This document shows, piece after piece, positions 1 to 12,780 of a DNA stretch of 64,000 bases. Position 1 is the first letter of the stretch. Every line of letters starts with the position of its first letter. This DNA comes from Scyliorhinus canicula. Taxonomy: Eukaryota. The notes beneath the pieces were generated by a model that did no database searches, was not told where the DNA came from, and saw only the letters and a program-made list of their open reading frames with translations. Where the stretch lies: assembly GCF_902713615.1 (NCBI RefSeq), contig NC_052162.1, positions 132,518,653 through 132,582,652 on the forward strand, in the 5' to 3' direction. The translations under genes were made by a program, and so were the position numbers.

Positions 1-590
1 AATATAAAAATTGGCAAGTCATGTTGCAGCTGTACAGGACCTTAGTTCGGCCTCATTTGGAATATTGTGTACAATCTGGTCGCCAAACTACCAGAAAGAT
101 ATGGATACTTTGGAGAGGGTGCAGAAGCGGTTTACTCGAATGTTGCCTCATATGACGGCATTAGCTCTGAGGAAAGGTGAGATAAACTCTATCTATTCTC
201 ACTGGAATGACAGAGGCTGAGAGGCGACCTGATAGAGGTTTACAAGATTGAGTGGCATGGACAGAGTGGATAGTCAGATGCTCTTTCCAAGGGTAGGAGA
301 GTCAAGTACTGGGGGACATAGGTTTAAAGTGCATGAGAAACAGTTTAGAACAGATGTGCAAGGCACTTTATTTGCACAGTGGGTGGTAAATATATGGAAC
401 ACGCTGCCTGGGGAGGTGGTTGGAGCAGGTATGATAGCAGCATTTAAGGGGCCTCTAGACAAATATATGAATAGGGTGGGAATGGAAGGATACGGACTCC
501 GTAAGTGCAGACGGTTTTAGTTTCGGCAGGTACAATGGTCGGCGCAGGCTTTGAAGGCGAATGGCCTGTTCCTGTACTGTTCTTTGAAAA
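1..590 (+). mobile_element. CR1-like LINE 3' fragment
   Basis: Frameshifted RT C-terminus (LYRTLVRPHLEYCVQ.WSP....DMDTLERVQKRFTRMLP; VVNIWNTLP..VV.A) followed by a 3' tail. Confidence 0.85.
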
Positions 591-973
591 GACCAGGTGT
601 ATCCACGCGGAGCTCCGTCTGCAGGGTTGCTGGAGACGTTATGGCACTCGGTATCTTTTCCAATTGTGACAGGCCGAGTGCCCTCCTCATCACGATTTGT
701 GCATCAACTGGGTTTAGTCATGGAGTCGCCGTCACTCTCCCGTCCCGGAACATCTGAATCCAGTCGCAGGGCGAAGATGGCTGGAGGTGGTTCTGGATGC
801 AGTGGGTAAACCTGGTACCTTGAGCACCTGACCGCACACTTATCCCTGCACAATGCTTTGCTCTCAGTCATCTTTCTGAGCTCTGAATTCGGGTGAGCAT
901 GGAATTCTCAGTAAATCCTAACTCAGCGATGGGGGCGACACATCATCTACCCTCTGCTGGATTTGCAGACCTG

Positions 974-1662
974 TGGCGAAATTCTCCGACCCCCAGCAGG
1001 GTGATTCTCCGCCACCCGGGAAGTGGCGATGGCGGGAATCACACCACTCCGATCGGCGAGGCCCCTGCAGTGATTCTCCAGCCCGTGATGGGCCGAAGTC
1101 GCGCCGCTGGGAGGCCTCTCCCGCCGCCGAGGTTTGAACCACCTCTGGTGGCGGCGGGATCGACGGAGCGACCGGGCCCCTGGGGTCCTGCGGGGGGGCG
1201 CGGGGCGATCGGATCCTGGGGGGTGCCCCCACGGTGGCCAGGCCCTGGGTGCACTTTTTCTCTTCCACGGCCTCCGCCATGGCGGAAGCGGAAGAGAAAC
1301 CCACATCGCGCATGCGCCGGTGGTGACGTCCGACGTCACCGCCGACGCATGCGCCGACCTGCGAAAACCTTTCGGCCAGCCCCGCTGCCGCCAGTTTTTT
1401 GCGCCAGTCTTCTGGTGCCAACCGCTCCGGCGCGGGGCTAGCCGAGGCCCGACACCGGAGTGGTTGGCGCCACTTCCCTACGCCGGGACCCCCCGTCACG
1501 CCGGGTAGGGGAGAATACCGCAGGGGCCTCGCCGATCGGAGTGGCGAGATTCCCGCCCCCGCCAATTCCCGGGTGGCGGAGAATCTCTGCCACGGTGGCG
1601 GCGGGATTTTCGCCGGCCCCAGGCGATTCTCCAACCCTGCTGGGGGTCGGAGAATTTCGCCC
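974..1662. mobile_element. Harbinger-type MITE
   Basis: 28-bp perfect terminal inverted repeat (GGCGAAATTCTCCGACCCCCAGCAGGGT), GC-rich non-coding interior. Confidence 0.85.
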
Positions 1663-1859
1663 CAGGTGAGAAAGGTTCCTCGGATGTGGCTGCTGTCACA
1701 TACAAAAATTGACTTGGAATCACAGATGAGAGCAGGATGTGGGTGAAGACCACTGGATGGTGAAACTTTCCAAAAGTCCCTCTTCCCACAGATATAAGTC
1801 CGTGCAACCCGAACCCTGTCCTTGATTAGTGCCAAAATTAAAACTCATTTGTCAGCCCA

Positions 1860-2280
1860 CACACGGTCAGTCAAATATTCCAGCTGCCTGATATGCTGCA
1901 GGAGAGACTCTGAACATGTTGAACACTTCCCATCCCGAGACCGGCTCCTCTCTCTAAAAATCACCATTGAGGAGACCCAAATCCAGACCAGCTGCACCAA
2001 TTCAGCCTTTTACAAACTCGGGTAGGTCGGGTTTGACAACAAAGACATCCACAAGTCATCAAAAATACCAGCGTATGGAGTATTTGTCATCACAGCACTC
2101 CTGTACCTCAGTGATACCCGGACAGTTTATTTATGACACATAACATGAGAGAAATGCCATCAGCAGTGCCGACCTACATCACATCCCCCGGATTCAATGG
2201 GAAGGCAGCTCACAAAATGCTGCTTTCCAGCTTGAAGCCAGATCAGCAATCATTGAAACAAAACTCCTCGAAAATAAACT
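1860..2280 (+). mobile_element. RTE-like LINE remnant
   Basis: Degenerate VEHFP..LLS..IEE.IQ..SAFYKL..VFDNKDI..K..Y..VITALLY.SDT.TVY resembles the RTE RT C-terminus. Confidence 0.6.
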
Positions 2281-2919
2281 CTGTTGGAGGGGGGCGGGGG
2301 ATCCGACCTACCGATTGGCGGGTGGGCAGGTTCCGTGGGGGCCGATGTTTCTCTGCACCGGGCCCCTGTTGGGCACATTCCCTGGGGCCGGCATGGAGAA
2401 GGGAGCCCCTGCACATGCGCAGAATCACGCCGGCTGTAGCGGAATGCTTGGAATCACGCTGGCCGTTCCACGCACCGGCTGGAGCTGCGGGGATCACTCC
2501 GGCGCCGACCTAGCCCCCTAGGAAGGGGAGCGTTCCCCATTATCGGGGACCGTTGACACCGGAGTGGTTGGCCCCGCTTTTCACGCCGGAGTGGGGACAG
2601 AGCCCCATTCCTGGAGAATCCCACCCAGGCTGTCAGTTTGATGCTGGTTTTGGGACTGTTCTAGAGCAGCTTGTAAACGGACACCACTCGTACTGGAGCA
2701 CAAACCTTCAGCACTGCTGCTGGGATATTGTCAGGGCTCAGAGCCTTTGCTGCATCCATTGCACTCAGCAATTTCTCACTATCACATGGATTGAATTGAA
2801 GTGGCTGAAGAATAGCGGGAAGCATGCTGCGGAGCACAGGAGGAAGCCAACATGGATGATCCATTTGGCACTGCTGGATGACTATGGTGGGAAACACCTC
2901 GGCCCGGCTTTTCCCGGAT

Positions 2920-3214
2920 GTGCAGAAGGAGGCCATTTGGCCCATCGAGTCTGCACCGACCCACTTAAGCCCTCATTTCCACCTATCCCCGTAACCCAAC
3001 AACCCCTCCCAACTTTTTTGGACACCATGGGCAATTTAGCATGACCAATCCACCTAACCTGTATGTCTTTGGATTGTGGGAGGAAACCGGAGCACCCGGA
3101 GGAAACCCACGCAGACACGGGGAGAATGTGCAGACTCCGCACAGACAGTGTCTCAGCGGGGAATTGAACCTGGGACCCTGGCACTGTGAAGCCACTTATG
3201 CTACCATGCTGCCC
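2920..3214 (-). mobile_element. tRNA-derived SINE (HE1-like, family A)
   Basis: Minus strand GGGCAGCATGGTAGCATAAGTGG...GGTTCAATTCCC head and GGTTTCCTCCGGGTGCTCCGGTTTCCTCCCAC core. Confidence 0.8.
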
Positions 3215-3232
3215 AAACTTAACTCTGTGTTA

Positions 3233-3410
3233 TAGCTGATTACAGTGAGCGACACAGTCCCCAATAGAGGGATAAATAAAACCAAGTCTGATTACAGTGA
3301 CACAGAGAGTCTCCAATAGAGGGAGACAAAACCATGACTGATTACAGCGAGTGACACAGAGTCTCCAGCAGAGGGATGAATAAAACCATGACTGATTACA
3401 GAGTAGTAAA
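3233..3410. repeat. Short degenerate tandem repeat (about 3 copies, CTGATTACAG...AAAACCA.G.)
   Basis: Direct inspection. Confidence 0.7.
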
Positions 3411-3444
3411 GTGAGATACTTTATAAAGAATCATAATTTAGAGT

Positions 3445-3741
3445 GCAGAACGAGGCCATTCAGCCCATCGAATCTACACCAGCCCTTGAAAGAGCACCCT
3501 ACTTAAGCCCATCCTCCACCCTATCCCACCTCACCTTTTTGGACACTAAGGGGCAAATTAGCATGGCTAATCCACCTAACTTGCACACCTTTGGACTGTG
3601 GGTGGTAACCGGAGCATCCGGTGGAATCCCAGACAGAAATGGGGAGAAAGTGCAAAGTCCACACAGACAGTCACCCAAGGCTGGAATTGAACCCGGGTCT
3701 CTGGAGCTGTGAGGCAGCAGTGCTAACGACTGTGCCACCGC
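3445..3741 (-). mobile_element. tRNA-derived SINE (family A)
   Basis: Homologous to 2920-3214. Confidence 0.8.
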
Positions 3742-4088
3742 GCAGTCCCTAACCTGGTGAAGCTACAGCACAGGGCTACTTCCCTACCAAACAATGGAAG
3801 CAGCTTGGGATAGACAGAACTGAGAGATCCAACCACTAACAGGTCAGATCTAAGCTCCCCAGTCGCAAGTGATGGTGGAAAATTAAACAACTGACTGGTC
3901 GAGGAGGCTTCACAAATATCCCGATCCTCAATGATTGTGGGAGACCAGCAAATCAAACCAGGACAAAAGCCAAGTCTGAAGCATTTGCAAGCATCTTCAG
4001 CCAGAAGTGCCAAGTGAATGAGACATTTTGGCTTCCTCCTGAGGCCTCCAGCATCATCGATGTCAGTCTCGGCAAAAATGTGGGGGTG

Positions 4089-4382
4089 GCCACAATGGGA
4101 AACCCCATTGGCCAGCTGCGGAGACGGAGAATCCCACTGCCAGTACCCACAATGGGAAACCCCATTGGCCAGCTTCCGAGACGGAGAATCCCGCTGCCAG
4201 TACCCACAATGGGAAACCCCATTGGCCAGCTTCCGAGACGGAGAATCCCGCTGCCAGTACCCACAATGGGAAACCCCATTGGCCAGCTGCCGAGATGGAG
4301 AATCCCGCTGCCAGTGGGGGGGGGGGGGGGGGGGGCGGTGCTGCACCAAAAGCGGGTGCGGCGAGACAGAGAATCCAGCCCC
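4089..4382. repeat. 57-bp tandem repeat (about 4 copies) inside a partial MITE
   Basis: Unit CCACAATGGGAAACCCCATTGGCCAGCT.CCGAGACGGAGAATCCCGCTGCCAGTAC. MITE-like right end AGAATCCAGCCC at 4371-4382. Confidence 0.8.
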
Positions 4383-4759
4383 TCATTTTTAGGCATGTCT
4401 GGTGTTGCTCCTGGCCTGCTCTCCTGCACTCTTCTTTGAGCCAGGATTGATCTCCTGGCTTTGTGCTGAGGGTAGAATGGGGACTATGCCGGGCTATGAA
4501 GGTACAGATTGTGGAAGGTATCCTCAATGTGAAGATGGAGCTTTGTCTCCACAAGGACTGTGCGGTGGTCAATTCTAACTTCTACTGTCATGGACAGATG
4601 CATCTGCGGCAGGCAGGTTGGTGAGGACGAGGTCAAGTATGTTTTCCCCTCTTGTTGGTTCCCTCACCGTGTGCTGCAGACCCAGCCTTTGATGAGTGAG
4701 GGATGAATACATTGAATTGACCTGCCCGACCCAGTTTACAGCTACAGCATCAATATAGC

Positions 4760-5815
4760 CAGTGGGGCTGATTGACACGGTGACAACACCAGTTCAGAGT
4801 ATTCACTGCTTACAGGGGAGGCCTGTGTAAGGACCTGTCACAGTATAGGGTACCTCACACGGTGTGTTGGAAGCTGCTGTAGGCGTAGTTTGTCCCACTG
4901 GGAGGGCTAGGACCTTTGAAAAAGTAGCCCGCACATGTATGATTTGTCAGAGGGATAATCGGGGTAAAACACTCGCTGTCTTTGATCATCTCCCACAGCC
5001 CGAAATGCCTTTTGAAAATTTGCAGATAGATTTTGTATACATGCCGATGGCTGAGGGATTCGAATGCATGTTGGTGATTGTGGACATGTTTTCACGGTGT
5101 GTAGAGGCTTTTCCGGCCAAAAGAGGGGATCCGATTAGACTAATGATGACTGATAGTAAAGGAAACCTGACCGCATATAATGGCAATTATTTTATCTGTG
5201 GACATAAGGCGTATCCGTGGTTACCAGAAAATTGGGAAGGCTCCTGCTATTTGGGATGTGTAGTCCCTTATGTACATCACGTCCAGCAACTGCAGGACCA
5301 TCCCCATCACAGGACGACACAAAGTGTTATGACATGAGCACAAATGCTGGGAATAATGATACCACCATTAGGAATAGCCACTAATGCATACCAACTACGT
5401 GAATTATGAGACATCCTTGAGCAGGTAGCTAATGACACTGCAGAAGCTGTTAACCAGATAGAAACTGAGATGGTTGTTCGAAGAGCAGTTGCCCTGCAGA
5501 TTAGGATGGCCCTTGATTTCTTGTTAGCTGAAAAGGGAGGTACTTGTGCCCTGATTGGCAGTGACTGCTGCACATTCACCCCTGATAACTCAGGGAAAAT
5601 TGATAACCTGGTGGATCTCATTCGTAGAGATGTAACAAGGTTACATGAGGATGGTGGTTGGGACTTTGGCTTTGGGTGTTTGGGATCGTTAGGACAGAGG
5701 ATTGTGTTTTGGATTATAATCACCGTTGTGATCCTGATTGTCGCATGGTTACTGTTTAAATGTTGCTCAGGATGTTGTCAGGGCGTGGGAGCGAGTATGT
5801 CAGCATTGCCTCCGT
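4760..5815 (+). mobile_element. Endogenous retrovirus remnant: integrase fragment fused to env (SU end plus TM)
   Basis: Integrase: CMICQ..., LQIDF, LVIVDMFSRCVEAFP. Env: YFICGHKAYPWLP.NW.GSCYLG, immunosuppressive domain LQIRMALDFLLAEKGGTC, CX6CC (CALIGSDCC) and a hydrophobic TM anchor. Two in-frame TGA stops. Confidence 0.9.
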
Positions 5816-5829
5816 GGTCCCAGCAACTT

Positions 5830-6301
5830 AACAATCAGGCAGCAACCGATCGGCGGGGGGGGGGGGGGGGGGGGGGGGTGGGGGGGGGGGGGGGGGGGGG
5901 GTGGGGGGGGAGCCTAGATTCCTCCTCGCCGTGCCCCTGTAGAGCTCTGCCATGTTGCCCGGGGCTGGCCCGGAGAAGGCAACCCACGCACATGCGTGGC
6001 CCGCGCCGGCTGTGGAGTGCATGTGCGGACCCGCACTGGCGATGGCGCACATGTGAGGACCAGCGCTGGCAGTTGTGCGCATGCGCAGACCTGCACTGGC
6101 CGTGGAGTGCATGCGCGGACCCGTGCCGCCCATGCTGGCGCCCGTATCGGCAGCTGGAGCTGCGTGAAGGGACCCAGTGTAGTGCTGGCCCCCTGTGGGT
6201 TGGGGGATCGCTGCTCCTGGCCACCGGATGACACCATCGTAAAACGCTTCGCCGTTTACAACATCGTCAACACTCTGCCGCTAAAATGGAGAATCTCGCC
6301 C
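5830..6301. mobile_element. Partial Harbinger-type MITE (right end only)
   Basis: Ends in GGAGAATCTCGCCC. Interior homologous to 8750-9095 and 32030-32310. Confidence 0.65.
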
Positions 6302-6539
6302 AGATTCTTTTCACTCAAAGGGTTGTAAATCTTTTCAATTCTCTGCCCCAGAGACCTGTGGATTCTCGGTCATTCAGCTGATTCAAGACAAGAGATTGAT
6401 CTGTTTTTGGGTGTGATTGGAATTAGGAGATACGGGGATTATGTGAGATGGTAGAGCTGAGATCGAAGATCAAACATGTTCTTATTTAATGGTGAAGCAA
6501 ACTGAAAGGATGAATGGCCATTTCCTGCTGCTGGTTCTG

Positions 6540-7490
6540 ATGTCATCCTGTTCTCTCTTTCTCTCCCTCTTTCCATCCCTCATCCCACTCCATCCTGCAC
6601 ACAGACTGACTGTACTGTGTACAAACAGACTACCTCTGTCCGTGATCCCAGCTCTCTCCCTCTCTGCGTTCGCTCTTTCCCTCTCCTTCTTCTCCCTCAC
6701 TCTCACCCTTTCCTCCCTCTCCCTCCTGTCTCCTGATCACACCTTCTCTCCTTCCTCTCTTTCCCTCTCATTCTCCTCCCACTTCTGTTCCCATGCCTCC
6801 CCTTCCCCCCACACACTGCAGAGAGACAGAAGCTGGAACTCACAGGCTGCCTATACTTTGTGCAGACAGACTGCTTCACTCATTTCAGCCGATTGCCCAG
6901 GCAAGCAGCACAAAACAGGAAGCAGAGGACCAGGCTGTTTCTCATCAGCGATGGAGTGTGGAAGGTAACCATTCATTCCTCTCACTTGCTGAATTCGGAG
7001 ATGGGTGAATGGTGGGATGGGGAGTTGTGGTGGTGGTGGTGGGGGGGGGCTTTTGTCGCTCGGTAAGAGATTCTGTTGCCTGGGAATCAATGTTGTAGCC
7101 GCCTGTCAGACACACACTCTGCTGTGATAGATGGAAAGAGTATTATAGAGAGGGAGAAAGAGTAAGGAGGAGGGAAAAGAGGGGAGGACTGTGTTCTTGG
7201 AGTGGGAGAGAAAGGCAGGAATTTGAGGAAAGGAGCGTTTATGGATTGGGAGAGAGAGAGAGGACAAAAAGAGTTAGAAAGTGGGAAAGCAAGAGAGGAG
7301 GAATTAGTGGGTGACTTATTATCAAGTGGGAGATGGAATGAGAGAGGAATTAGGGAGAAGAGTGAGTATCGAGAGAGAGGGAACACAAAAGGAAGTTGAT
7401 TGAATTAAGAGGTGATAGAGTTGAAGAGAAATCGAGAGGCAAAATTATTCTCTTGAAATGTGTTCCCTACTGGATTGTGTTGGAATTGAT
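6540..7490 (+). other. Unassigned module copy 1 (CT tract, exon-like 135-nt core 6830-6964, GA tract)
   Basis: Homologous to 16080-16870 and 19250-20260. Core is bounded by cag| and |gtaacc. Confidence 0.6.
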
Positions 7491-8472
7491 CCACCATTGA
7501 CTCCACTGTGAGATACCCACACACATGGGACTGGGAACCTTACACAATCGCTGGTGCTGGGTTTGTTCTCCATTTGATCAGCATCCCTCATCCCACATTA
7601 AACATTCACTCCCTCCGCCACTGACACACAATGCTGCAGTCTGAACCATTTACAAAATGTGTTGAAGCAACTCAGCAACTCTCCTTCGACAGCACTTTCC
7701 AAACCCGAGATCTCTGCTACCTGGAGGAACAAAGGTGGCAGACGCAGGGGAGGACCACCATATTAAAATCAGAGATCCGGGGAAAGGGGTGGGGCTGGGG
7801 GCCTGGGTGGTGGTGACAACATTTGAGGCTGTGTCTCCAATGTGCACGGGGCTCACACCCTCCGCTTGATGTGTCTCCTCCTTCCCGACTTTTCAAAGAA
7901 TCCCTTTCAAAAGCAGCCTTCACACTCTGGGCCTCCTCGCACTGCCTAGTGTTTTTTAACAGTGGAAGTGGACTGAGGCTCTTAATTGACAATCAATTGA
8001 GCTTTTAAGGGCCTCAATATGCCTGAAGGTGGATGGCCCAGTCGGTGACGTACCCGCCCCCCGTTTCTGGTCAGCAGGTAGGGGTGGATGGGGGGGGCTG
8101 TAAAATCCAGACCAAAATGTCCTCTGGGTGGGGGGAGTTCAGTGTCCAAGAGTAACTTGGAGCACCACCACTGACTGACCGGCATTCTTGTGTTTATGCT
8201 GAGTGAATGACAACAAACTTCAGCAACTTGTTTCCCTTATCAGCTCCCCCCAGATATCCGGATGTTATATCCCGCACAAGTCTCACTGGGGGGAATGATT
8301 AACTGCCCTGTGAACCTTGCAGAATACGAGTTCCCCCGATAGGGAGGGTGCGGGTGGCCTCGAACAATGTCTGGCTCTGGATAAACAGATATTTAAAAAG
8401 TATAAAATTATTAAAATATTATAAAGTAGTTATAAATGTATAAAAACCATTTTAATCAGCTTCAGAGACGTG

Positions 8473-9095
8473 GGGCTGGATTCTCCTCATCCCGACACAG
8501 ACACCGTTCGGCGACGGGACGGAGAATCCGTTTTCCCGCCGGTTCCGGTATTCTCCGCCCCACTGAAAAGAGGAGGACTCATGGAGTTCGCTACTTTTCA
8601 GTGGGGCGGAGAATAGTCCCGCTATTCTCTGTCCCTGACCGGCCAAATTCCCGACGGTGAGGTTCTAATCTGGCCCTGCCATTCGGAATCACGCGAGGCA
8701 GCTGCGGACTCAGTCCGGGGCCGTCACAGTTGGGGGAGGGCCGATCGGAGGGCGGGGGGAGGGGGGGGGGTTCATTCGGGACTGGGGTCTATGTGTGCGG
8801 ACAATCCGGCTTGGGCGAGCGGCTGATGACGGCACTACTTTGGTGGTCCAGGCTGAGTCCGCCATGGAGCACGGCGTGGCCGCTGGAGGCCGCCGCCATG
8901 CGTATGTGCAGCCTCTGACCCGGAAGTGCGGGGGGCCGTATCGGCAGCTGGAGCTGCGAGCTCCATGCCAGCTGCCTGCGGGCCTCCTGCAAGACGGTGA
9001 ATCTGTGGCCTTTTGATGCCAGTTTTCCTGGCGTAAAACACCACAGTTTTCACGATGGCGTGGGGACATAGTCCCCAAAACGGAGAATCCAGCCC
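8473..9095. mobile_element. Harbinger-type MITE
   Basis: TIRs GGGCTGGATTCTCC / GGAGAATCCAGCCC with 3-bp TSD GTG. Confidence 0.9.
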
Positions 9096-10088
9096 GTGTA
9101 GTATGTTGGAAAGTAATCAAGGAGCCATTTATCATAAGGATAATGTCCTTATCCATTGGTCCACAAGAGAGGAGCGTCCCACCGTGGCAGGTCTCAAAAT
9201 TAGAATTTAATCAATCAAAACATCTGGGGTGGGATTCTCCGTTGGCTGACGCTGGAACCGGGAAACGTGATTGGGCGAAGAATCGGATTTGACGCCAAAA
9301 TCGTGGCAAGCACCGGTTTCACGCCAAATCACAATTCTGTGCCTCGACAGCGGCGTCACTGCATTCCACTCTGCATGTACAGTAAACGCCGTTGGCATAT
9401 CATTAGCGGTCCTAACCCGGAATTGTCCGGGGTGTCCGCGATTCCCCACCTCCACTGGGGGGAATTCCCGACGGCGAGGTTCTCTTGTGGTTTTAAAAAT
9501 CGTCAGACAGGTGCTGCGGCTGATGAGGAAGAGAGAGGAGCTGGGACACAGAGAGGGCAGACCGTGGGCAGCCGGGCCGGACACTGGCCACACTGGCTAT
9601 GGTGGGAGGGGGGCCCTGCCAGGGCCGGGGGGGGGGAGGGGGGGGATGTGACGGGGGAATTGGCCGTGTGGACAGGTGACCCCCGCCATTGCCTCGACCT
9701 GCAAGGCAGCCACCTTGCTGCACATTCCACTGAGCACACACATTGGCTCCTGGTTCTGCAGAGTGGCATCGACTGTATAGGTGCCCCCACACCCCCCAGT
9801 CCCACACCCCACCCTCACCATGCCCCCCCCCACTGTTACGCGATCCGCTGTTGAGGCCTCAGGCGGTCTATCTGCTGTTGAGGCATCAGGCTAAAGGCAC
9901 ATTGCCCACTGTAGCCCCTCTGGGGCTCTGAGCGGGGGCTGCGGAGCGTATCATTGGCACGAGCAGTGCCAGCCGATGGTACCCCTGGGGGTAGAGCCCG
10001 CAGCACCAACCGGGGCCACCATGTAGCCCGGTGGACCTGGTTCTGACGGGGGTACGCACCAAGCTATCATGTCAGCCTTTCATTGCAG

Positions 10089-10700
10089 ACAATGGATATT
10101 GGATTTGAACCAGTAATGGTTGCCTTCCTGCTAATCGCTGCAGCCCTGGGGGATGCACTGTGGCCGTACGAGCTGGAGCTGCTCGAGGTGGAGGAAGCTG
10201 CAGCAGCGGAGCGTGGAGCAGTGGAGCCTGCCCCGGAGGAATAGGAGGCAGCCGCCCGGGATGGAGATCCAGCTGCCCAACAGGCCGAGGAGGATGAAGA
10301 TCAAAGGCGGCCTCGCACAAGGCCTCGCAGGTACCGGCAGCGCCTGTCATTCGAGGACCTGCCAGACCGGGCATGCCATTGAATACTCCGGCTGAGCAGG
10401 GAAACAGTGCGACATATCTGCCGGATCATGGCACACCTGGCACCACGGGGGGTATGGGGGAGGACACCTGCTCCCGGCTACAACAACGCCCATGCGGCGA
10501 CCAGGAGCGTGATCGGCCTCCTGAAGATGCAGTTCAGGTGCCTGGACGGCTCTGGAGGGGCCCTGCAGTATGATGCTGAGAGGGTCGCCCGAGTCATGGC
10601 GGACTGCTGAATCCTCCACAACATCGCGCAGCAGAGGGGCGACGTGCTGGAGGAGGAGCATGAATGCCAGACCTCGTCCGATGAGGATGATAGGGAGGGT
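10089..10700 (+). pseudogene. Decayed, internally deleted Harbinger/PIF (HARBI1-like) DDE transposase
   Basis: N-terminal YRQRLSFEDLPDRAC..RLSRETVRHIC joined to C-terminal YNNAHAATRSVIGLLKMQFRCLDGSGGALQY...ILHN. Contains frameshifts and stops. Confidence 0.8.
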
Positions 10701-12429
10701 GGGCAGGACATGGAGTGCTGGCCGGCACGGGATGGCCAACACGCAAGGGACACCTCCACGGTGGGGAGGGGGGGAACAGACCAGGGGCACAGCCACAGCA
10801 TCCCCGCCACCCCCCCCGCCTGCACCCCCTCCATGATATGTACCTGCCGCACTACAGGCTGCGGGCCCGAGGTTGGCAGTAACATCGGGTCTGGTCCATG
10901 GGATGGACGATGATGACAACCCGTTCTGCGATGAACTCTGGTTCCCCGCATCGTATGGCAACATCTGACTCCTGCCCTCGGCAGCACTTTCCACCATCTA
11001 CCTGGGTGGTCCCTGCATGTCAGCTGGCCATTCCATCACATGGTCCCATCGAATCCCAGGGGTGACCGTGGTGGTCCACCCTCATGGCCGGGGGGTGTGG
11101 AGGGAGGGTGGGTGGCCTAGGCCACAACATCCACCCATTCCCCCCACCACACCCGCTCTGTGGCCAGCCCAGACCAGCCCACCCCTCACACCCATCGGAC
11201 AGAGCACCATGGCAGGTTGTAATGGTGTGAACAGGTGTTTGATGTGACAACATATATACAGAGCCGCGTCCTTGCCTATGGCACTAAACGCGCCAACTTA
11301 ACTGGTGTCTAACGTTCTGGCCTTACGGGCCCTAACGCAATGTCTAGATGGTACATCAGGAGAAGAGACGGCCTGCTGTGATTCCCGTCCTGCTACCTGG
11401 GTCCTTGTTGGCGGGTGTCGTCTGGGGTTCTGCCCATCAGATGCGCCAGGAACAGGAGGGGTGGGGGGGGGGGGGGGGGGGGGGGTGGGGAGTTGAGGTG
11501 CTGCGGTGTTCTGGCACCTCTCCTGCAGGTGTCTCCAGCACAGGCCCATCACCTCCTCCTCCCTCGGGATGTCCGGTGGCCCCTGGGCTACTCCATGGGA
11601 TGGGGGTGCGAGCAGAGATATCCCCTGAGGCTCCCCCAACACCTTGCGCTGAAGGCCCCCTCTGAATCGACCAGGACCTGCACGCTCGCGGCCATGGAGC
11701 ACAGGGAGCGGACCATCGCTGTCTGGGACTGCGCCACATCACACTGTGACCGTGCCACCACCTTCTGGGTCTGTGTCACATCAGCTAGTGACTGCTCCAT
11801 CTCCCTCTGGGACTGGGCCACCTTCCCATGTGTCTTCACCATGTCGGCCAGAGCCTGAGCAATGCCACTGACGTTCTCAGCCATGGCCCGCTGTGACTGG
11901 GCCACACTCATAAGCGATGCTGCTCTTTCCAGGGAGCTCTCGAACATGGCTGCCTGTGAGATGGCAAACATGCCCAGGGCCTCGGCCAACCCCTGCACAG
12001 AATGTCCCAGGCCTTGACATGCTGATCCATGGCCAAAGCCCACGTCCTCAATGCCTCCACTGCGGACGCTACCCGTGCGGTGATGGCCTGGGTGGCACAC
12101 ATGGTCAGCACCACCTCCTGGTCCTGAACGCGGTTGGATTCCTCCAACTGCATCGGCAGGTGCTGGATGCTCACCAACAACCCCTCATGTAGTCCCTGGC
12201 TCTGCGACTACATCTCCCCAATCAATGAAATGAAATGAAAATGAAAATGGCTTATTGTCACGAGTAGGCTTCAATGAAGTTACTGTGAAAAGCCCCTAGT
12301 CACCACATTCCGGCGCCTGTTCGGAGAGGCTGTTACGGGAATCGAACCGTGCTGCTGGCCTGCCTTGGTCTGCTTTCAAAGCCAGCGATTTAGCCCAGCG
12401 TGCTAAACAGCCCCTGTCCGTTCCAGAAA

Positions 12430-12780
12430 CCCAGTGCAGACGAAGCCATTCGGCCCATCGCGTTTGCACCGATCCTCCGAAAGAGCACCCAACACAGGCC
12501 CACTCTCACGCCCCATCCCCACAACCCCGCCGAACCTACACATCTTTGGATGCTAACGACAAGTTAGCACGGTCAATCCATGTAACTTACATATCTTTCG
12601 ATACTAAGGGACCATTAAGCATGGTCAATCCATGTAACCGACACATCTTTGGACACTAAGGGACAATTTAGCATGGTCAATCCATGTAACCGACACATCT
12701 TTGGACACTAAGGGACAATTTAGCATGGTCAATCCATGTAACCTACACTTCCTTGGACACTAAGGGATAATTTAGCATGG
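12430..12780 (-). mobile_element. Partial family A SINE with an internal tandem amplification (about 50-bp unit, about 4 copies)
   Basis: Repeated ggacactaagggacaatttagcatggtcaatccatgtaacc. Confidence 0.7.

Larger units (their letters stand above)
2630..4075. mobile_element. Fragments of a non-LTR retrotransposon ORF2 linker (2630-2900 on -, 3745-4075 on +) interleaved with SINEs
   Basis: KALSPDNIPAAVLKVCAP on minus and WKIKQLTG.GG.TNIPILND...EAFASIFSQKC on plus. Confidence 0.6.

Noticed and set aside
5845-5910. Very long G runs (also at 4316-4335 and 11460-11490) as G-quadruplex elements
   Set aside because: They are homopolymer tracts inside MITE or transposon copies, and their lengths are unreliable in assemblies.
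7504-7510. Isolated CACTGTG/CACAGTG heptamers outside the V-J region
   Set aside because: No nonamer at 12 or 23 bp spacing was found for those inspected.
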